From: Caecitellus pseudoparvulus
Lineage: Eukaryota > Protista > Bigyra: Bicosoecida
Length of the DNA: 64,000 nt
NCBI GenBank assembly: GCA_965644315.1
Contig: CBFFRQ010000065.1
Location: 310,001-374,000 of the forward strand
Reading direction: 5' to 3'
This document shows, one piece after another, positions 61,001 to 64,000 of the stretch; position 1 is the first letter of the stretch, and every line of letters starts with the position of its first letter. The notes under the pieces are model-generated. The model searched no databases, was not told the origin of the DNA, and saw nothing but the letters and a program-made list of their open reading frames with translations. Made by a program: the position numbers and the translations under genes.

Positions 61001-62704
61001 GCAGGCTCGCCCCCACCCGCCTTTCCCTACCTGGACGACCCCAAGAAGCGCCTGCCCCTGGGCACTGCCTCCCTCACACCGTCCTGGGGACCTCTCCTGC
61101 AGATTGTCGCTGGCACGGTGGCGGTGTCCCACTCCGCTGGCAGCGCCGATGGTGCGTGCACTCTGCCTGCCCTGGATAAGGTCATGCTGGGCGCCACACG
61201 CGCGCCGACTGCAGAGGGTGCCGCAATGTTCGAGGCGGTGCAAGACGGCTTGGCACTGCGCAAGGCTGCAGCGCGCGCCCCGTCGCCACCGGCTGCCGGC
61301 GCTGAGCCTGCGGAGGACACGCCCGCTGGCGCTGCGATGGGCGCCGGCACCCCGCCTGGGACAGCCGAGGACGGCGCGACAGAGAGGGAGTGTGCCCTGG
61401 AAGGCAACTGTGTCTCTGGGGGGGATGTGGCGTGGGACAAGGCGCGGGCTGTGTCGCAGCGCATGGTGGACCTGTGCCCCAGTGTGCCGCCGCACCCCAT
61501 GCCCGTGACGACCCAGGGCGAACCTGGCGACCACGCCCTCCTGCACCTGTGGCCGGCAGACCTCCGTGCACTGGCCATGCCGGCAGTGTACACGAAGGCT
61601 CTTCGCAAGGCTGCCCCCGCAGGCCGCCCCGCAGCCACGGCAGCCGAGGCAGTGCTGGGAGACAAGCCAGGCGCTGCAGGGGAGGGCGTGGTGCACGCTG
61701 TGTGTGTGATTGCCACCCGGTTGTCTGTTGAGGCGCCGGGATTCAGCGACATGGTGCTGACTGAGGCGCTGCAGGTGCTCGCTGACTGCACCCGGGGCCA
61801 GTCAGATGTCCTGAAGGAAGACGAGTGGTTGACCCATGCTGGGGCAGTGGCGGCGGGGGAGGGCTCTGCTGCCGCCGCCCACTCCAGCACCGTTACCCAG
61901 TGGTCTGCCGCGTGGGATGTGCTGGCCAGCCTGGTGGCGCTGCAAGACTCCCTGCAGGGCCAGCGGGTGGCCGACGTGCTGGGCGACACGTCGCTGGACG
62001 GCAGCAAGGGTGTCGTCGCCCAGGCGTGGCAGAAGCGGCTGGACTGCGCGCCAACCGTGGCGACGTCATCGAACCGCAAGACCTTTGACATCGTGCGGCG
62101 GCTGCTGGCGCTGAGCCAGGCCGTGCCCGCCCTGCTGGGCCCCCTGGCAACCATGCCGCTGCAGGAGCCCGCCCACACCACACACGCCCAGTGGATGGTG
62201 GAGCACACACGCACTTTGGCAGACTACGCCACCACTTGCGCCAGTGGATCCAAGGCGGCCATCGTGCAGCTGGCGGAACTGGGCCCTGTCTTCCGGTCCC
62301 TGCAGTGGCTGGGAGAGCAGCTGGGGCAGGAAGCGGGTTGGGCGGCGCCAGGTGAGATGCAGCCCCCCCCCGTCACGCGCGTGGTGAAGCACACCAAGCG
62401 TGAGGACCCGGGTGTCGTCATCGTGCGGCAGGTGGAGGTGACGGACCCCCTGGACCCCAAGGGGCCCTACCTGGCCTTCGAGATCACGAACCAGCACGAA
62501 CATGCACGACCCCTCGCTGCGCGCATGAACTGGCGCGTTGTGGATGCCTACCGCAACTACAACTACACCTTCCCCCAGACAGACCAGGAAGCTGTCGTGC
62601 CAGTGGGGGAGACGGTGGAAGTGTACCGCTCCTATAAGGTGGACCCCTCCCTGCCCTTCGACAGCCGCTTCACGGAGTGGTCCTACACTTGGAAGTTAGT
62701 GTGA
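52052..62704 (+). CDS. Giant ubiquitin-specific protease (USP9/24/34-like), about 3550 aa, apparently single exon
   Basis: Cys box GYVGIRNLGAICYMLSVVQQLF, QQDAIDFF, KLNTRFEFP..LDMRPF, His box GVVVHRGTATHGHYFSFV, WYRADD and NAYLLFY. Confidence 0.92.
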   Translation: MAGEATREDLLSEVAAAGMEVMDGGPGVASSIVRLGSYVRIACAGQATPETVKHLLEDTLPVTVGHLTTKELPAPVAEELVQSVASLLVEAAQLATRVLTGRLGSGSLEDKAAALQLLNDAMNPHSLFFKQQGFSPDDAAAIAKASSEGGGGGAAGGGNSTQELWRKELNFGSEVDCVLLSNSVRSWVRGTVIMNDSGSLLIQIPSHGREVTISSTSADLAPVGTHTTAGSSSTPATADASDVNAVGREVLMGLKLGDRFDFRHSVNGWLNTTVVDIEDIQGQKRLKFGYRVYHRLGSKKDVLGSYDGDSSTHDQILMQDPKYAHLCAPFNTESVKAKSSFVPMGIIDDEGDPDSGFHIQETTRTLAKWGSPTLLSMPLHVRAGGATGVPSAADMGAADANLRAVGIALGAVPLEPALPGAAGVERRLSLQSQAVKLLCARALSVCDAVDASPSSRVYALYRGPSQGTSPLYAECVTAFGRCGGFAALLAVLQEEPETLCPKALKCLVEVVGNMWAELNVHFGAAWLPAFAVCLRPHAMHFDDKQDTKTPGLLNVMKHLKKLLYRQGPDSTVGGVRDAFLLSVAEELFSHTVFSRRMAGLRIILAAADSLRSAAASALNSTAGAAAVASAGASGGNDVLLSDGTSVKRFVRWLKSHAILPRLLAPETPLALLQRLSQLLQFMAHPNVKALDDAGLRSLVDAAVDHGQAGSDNAVIALCKAIGEASVHFDAAQQEMVIQSIASLPPSTLATHHISLIFKVARKRRCTAGTDALWALASQALQPSAGATATTRVSAEVQAEAEERLVALLSLAAYVGDRERFCEQCLTSVTKGQAVPFALRMMRLIVMSFPPHDPQASALAGERVIYTTSSRSSVLTVLNNKYDLLRCLLLDMEAFVAAARTQAAAATPDAAIVYNQGAGAGEQFIPGIIDRLDFLQFTLYTGAALALTPDQAAQLWAVLISEALSEEQAAAGLRWFTHAASCERRYRLAVEVMNVYCKLHSLSPPQWATLSERTSSVVLPLETVQALVEAQVKPAVQGDAEGAVQLLPLYEFCAAVCELLLLLNHHHGSLRIAAEAEKRAINVTGMERHSTRSWAMAFTRNLHKRTINARDVPFESWAGPDSNVPEPTPMTPEGTLCIDDIPLVSSVVVSNMQGSEELWNLLLGSPSVKVARHAMNLLVGFHMCMSTEQAAQQLQSQVTSGQRSVHATAGATARRSLVDSCIHHLKHAGSDLRTGLRTLSVLHCLLDCSEEGVTFPDRIAVDALRQKTAVSDMQSTVDLQPHLRAEAGKRILLSFTSELPKAPAPLSSAAAAGGGEAAEGKAGDASSSTAPAGLDKTFKLSISNTRTLRELRGKIAELAGLPTGGIRLVYSGGSTYEAARRAVGLSAKGAETLPLSSTTADEEVLYAAPAPRSGRDLPTSVDSRTLLELGLGQGTKLKVYPRRERPGEDASGPKVALLQGNQLSPRMREVSKVLFRKFARMQDPPAGGANGLYMNIHDFARYWSVSSGDVTTPDNPELSLQFSTYLNQALMLWDEAAWSRWITASCRMKEAVVWSNLAVHGYGKDLKHESERVAEKETSAARTLLWPGAEDGAAALPRTLLSSQAAYDAIFDVLSTAVGAGSDEGFGGLVADASWRLLQRLPSHPSLRFRLTGLGPDRFPDLAAATGQGEPSWQGLLLSSATTAPSEGATPLRLTYALQLVEPYVQTSDEGDELAAGSLRAGKQAWRKQFLLQSGFTFAADALLAAAPTTPVGRQLQVQGEGPRAVRPVGSCLFCGVALENLRRSTLTKIVRFFLLGAMAAGTLPQLQASPGQAAESKEGEAWPVQLVRLRSDVTEALTVDASMDVGAAAASLAQTLPVSSSDGTGGPAAPPASAPVVSHDDDIETPNPIPLTPVDAAPLVLTKQLSTEVGGDMQALVLDRVHLPALSSALRHIIWTAAGGLAPGIVNLADSAQLLEAALSLWVGVISTSAALVEASVFGEADTAGGPDGPSMVKSGLLCKGVYGLAVRKEFAHALGEITRVQFADDPAGALRQRVFDTLLALMPGAGTSADPEQDTGHFAELFTVLTKTLSTILATGKSGDSARAVDMFDRFASSLLAHRSAEWDPVVLQGARSRGREVLEHTPYLGEWDAAAAGGPDALAAKLHTAGQDDGVLCGLLGLLTSLVRGNAALQSRAVSAHAEAAACVPQTAAKLAADADGSNLVELVFYACLLGVPGRPAGDSPPPKVKCQRSASRLAALDLLAALCEGHLQNTDRLMTVCLQPSFEGIPESAKGLSGHNPCTDTRGKSGYVGIRNLGAICYMLSVVQQLFGMPRVRQAFLDMPVSKPGEEADPLMERLSWVFNTLHLSDKAYVDIKSMVSTYTDRSGEAVDPSQQQDAIDFFDVLTDHIEQRLGADSDLASTIKDETQLRQLYDMVGEVPAAALPPDVVEGLPAGRDGKVIVRRRRRADPPALCTGCDVKNLNSLKDSLNKACEWSDVDYRWDEEAGDVEVPEDAKITTRQRLVLDGSLPPTLILQARRFQFDFETMQPDKLNTRFEFPRNLDMRPFTVHALEYDGTAEGEAPPAWHFHYEVSGVVVHRGTATHGHYFSFVRDRRREYREERGRIVPVSFDGEAEVHVRRVPPSEQCWYRADDTNVVEVTMSDTFLEAECFGGRKEEVQTTDLGAAFTRDVDNMSNAYLLFYSRVQPEEEGGCDVEPLVAASPTAQLARAANHSFAVERAVFSPELLSFAGSQMVRGLGEFGDAVPEHWFRLAFTWAFGVLAPSASNGPLEASVVPTLVSWLESSSPALAASGAKWVLDQVAHQPEMHLGQLLRSLDGSVRNSCMAVLCTAVQVYVASDLAAGDAASIEAEAAALTALRQGGGLEAAKAALGPDWRPCTFSRFLSAVLSMIPSAGQDWSRFEQFFGVLRCAALKTPVAFGRTLLAARGAVALLLHFYMAQGSPVLLQHSEADLQTFLATPPAPDGDVVVHWDIASGNVLLPLMAGSPPPAFPYLDDPKKRLPLGTASLTPSWGPLLQIVAGTVAVSHSAGSADGACTLPALDKVMLGATRAPTAEGAAMFEAVQDGLALRKAAARAPSPPAAGAEPAEDTPAGAAMGAGTPPGTAEDGATERECALEGNCVSGGDVAWDKARAVSQRMVDLCPSVPPHPMPVTTQGEPGDHALLHLWPADLRALAMPAVYTKALRKAAPAGRPAATAAEAVLGDKPGAAGEGVVHAVCVIATRLSVEAPGFSDMVLTEALQVLADCTRGQSDVLKEDEWLTHAGAVAAGEGSAAAAHSSTVTQWSAAWDVLASLVALQDSLQGQRVADVLGDTSLDGSKGVVAQAWQKRLDCAPTVATSSNRKTFDIVRRLLALSQAVPALLGPLATMPLQEPAHTTHAQWMVEHTRTLADYATTCASGSKAAIVQLAELGPVFRSLQWLGEQLGQEAGWAAPGEMQPPPVTRVVKHTKREDPGVVIVRQVEVTDPLDPKGPYLAFEITNQHEHARPLAARMNWRVVDAYRNYNYTFPQTDQEAVVPVGETVEVYRSYKVDPSLPFDSRFTEWSYTWKLV

Positions 62705-62855
62705 GGGGGCTGGGTCCGCTCGCACGCAGTGGCTGCCGCGTTGCAGATTTGCCACAACGCCGGTAGGAGCTGTACTGAAATGCAGTGCTCTGACAGGGCC
62801 CTTCCGCACCAGGGGTTGCCCTCCTTGACCTGGCCTCAACGCCGTATCAACTGCC

Positions 62856-63512
62856 ATGCCTGTCTTCCAGCTGCAGCTCGGCTTGGAAGCTGAGGGGGTT
62901 AGCTCGGTTGTCCACACGAACCCGGTGTGGATCATTCAGTTCAGGTGCACCAAGTGCAACGAAGAGCAGGACTCCCCGACAGCAATTGACTCGTCAGACT
63001 CGGTGGAGATTGAAGGTGCGCTAGGCCCGCCCTGCAGGCCCCCGCCGCGCCCTGCATCGAGATGGCCTGCGGAAGTTGAAAGCACACGCGGCACTGCCTT
63101 GCCGCCGTGCACGCTCGCAGGAAGCCGAGGCACTGCGCACTTGCAGCAAAAGTGCTCATTTTGTGGGTGCAAGTTTAACGCTACCCTGGGCGCCGCTCGG
63201 GAGTGGGCAGAAGCTGGCGGCCTTGACCCGCAAACCCTCGTGGACATCGAGTGCCGTGGGTGCGAGCCCGTCTCGTGGGTTGCTGCTCAGGGCTTCACAG
63301 TGAAGGGCGCCGAGGGGGGGGAGATGGAAGATGTGGACTTCAGCGAGGGGGAGTGGGCCGACTACGTCGAGGACACAGACGAGGCGCTGACTGTGCTCAG
63401 CGTGACGACCAGTGTCGAGGCAGGGGCTTCAGCGGGCACTGCCGCGGCTGCAGCTGCCGGTGGTGGCGGGGCAAGTGGCGGGAAAAAGAAGAAGAAGCGG
63501 GGCGGCAAGTGA
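62856..63512 (+). CDS. DUF866 / CXXC-motif zinc-binding protein (CZIB-like); 2 exons
   Basis: FRCTKCNE..EIEG-(intron 63016-63120)-SRGTAHLQQKCSFC..IECRGCEP..VDFSEGEWADY. Confidence 0.88.
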   Translation: MPVFQLQLGLEAEGVSSVVHTNPVWIIQFRCTKCNEEQDSPTAIDSSDSVEIEGALGPPCRPPPRPASRWPAEVESTRGTALPPCTLAGSRGTAHLQQKCSFCGCKFNATLGAAREWAEAGGLDPQTLVDIECRGCEPVSWVAAQGFTVKGAEGGEMEDVDFSEGEWADYVEDTDEALTVLSVTTSVEAGASAGTAAAAAAGGGGASGGKKKKKRGGK

Positions 63513-63697
63513 CGTGCCAGTGTGCAAAGCTGGGTGCATTCCACAGCCCCGGCCGCACGCCGGGGGGTTTTGTGGCTGGCCAAGCTGCACCGCAGGGACT
63601 GCGGTGGGCGCCCCACTGGCCAGCTGCAGCAACAGGGACATGCTAGTGACTACAGCGAATGCACGAGCTGTGCGCCTTGTGGGCTCTGCCTCGCACG

Positions 63698-64000
63698 TCA
63701 CCCCTGCACGTACGGCGGCAGCCTCAAGTTCCCGTCCTTCAGGGCGTTCTGCAGGATGCCCTTCACATCTTTGCGTGCGCGCCACCAGAGCTTCGCATCT
63801 GCAGCAGCTTGCCGCTCCAGTGTGGGCTTGGTGAAGAACTGGCGAGGCGGGGTGGGGGGAGGATGGGGTGGAACGGAGCGCCATGAGCGGGTGCCGCGCA
63901 GCGCCAGTCCGTACCCGGCTCTTGCGCAGCCTGACGTCCTGCTTGGCACGTGTGGCATTGGCCGAGATCTTCCCCATGGCCTGTGGTGGCGTTGAGGGCA
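63698..64000 (-). CDS. Probable mitochondrial ribosomal protein bS21-like, 3' exons (5' end outside window)
   Basis: ..AKQDVRLRKSR, gtacgg..ccag intron (about 63839-63914), FFTKPTLERQAAADAKLW... The xFxKPTxER motif resembles bS21 (YEKPT). Confidence 0.5.
   Translation of the reverse strand, partial: CPQRHHRPWGRSRPMPHVPSRTSGCARAGYGLALRGTRSWRSVPPHPPPTPPRQFFTKPTLERQAAADAKLWWRARKDVKGILQNALKDGNLRLPPYVQG

Noticed and set aside
52246-62503. Many 200-540-aa antisense ORFs over the USP, and similar ones over other long genes
   Set aside because: These are expected antisense shadows in GC-rich, codon-biased genes, with no recognisable motifs.

Overview
This is eukaryotic nuclear DNA from a very compact, GC-rich genome. 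It looks like a flagellated protist (enkurin is present); a stramenopile-like lineage is only an inference. About 21 protein-coding genes are packed with intergenic gaps of tens to a few hundred nt. Introns are short (about 60-150 nt), GT-AG and mostly near 5' ends. In order: 3' end of a P2X-like ion channel, two tandem ankyrin-repeat paralogues, a large motor-less protein with four dynein microtubule-binding-domain (MTBD)-like modules, PDI-C/Erv46-thioredoxin, a membrane-anchored TKL kinase, P3A H+-ATPase, enkurin, an F-BAR/SBF2-like protein, a Qc-SNARE, an EF-hand protein, a SCAR/WAVE-like actin nucleation-promoting factor, a zinc-knuckle protein, a VPS13-family protein, ATG3, a 4CL-like acyl-CoA ligase, trans-polyprenyl diphosphate synthase, NDUFS5, a second TKL kinase, a giant USP deubiquitinase, a DUF866 protein and the 3' end of a probable mitochondrial bS21. 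No rRNA, tRNA, CRISPR array, transposon or viral insert was recognised. The best novelty candidates are: (1) the ankyrin pair, with near-identical N-caps, a conserved upstream motif and hypervariable loops; (2) the multi-MTBD motor-less protein; (3) the WAVE carrying four CCDC53-like motifs and a recent SH3-ligand repeat expansion; (4) the 4CL-like/COQ1/NDUFS5 mitochondrial trio. All family assignments come from reading motifs by eye; no database search was run.
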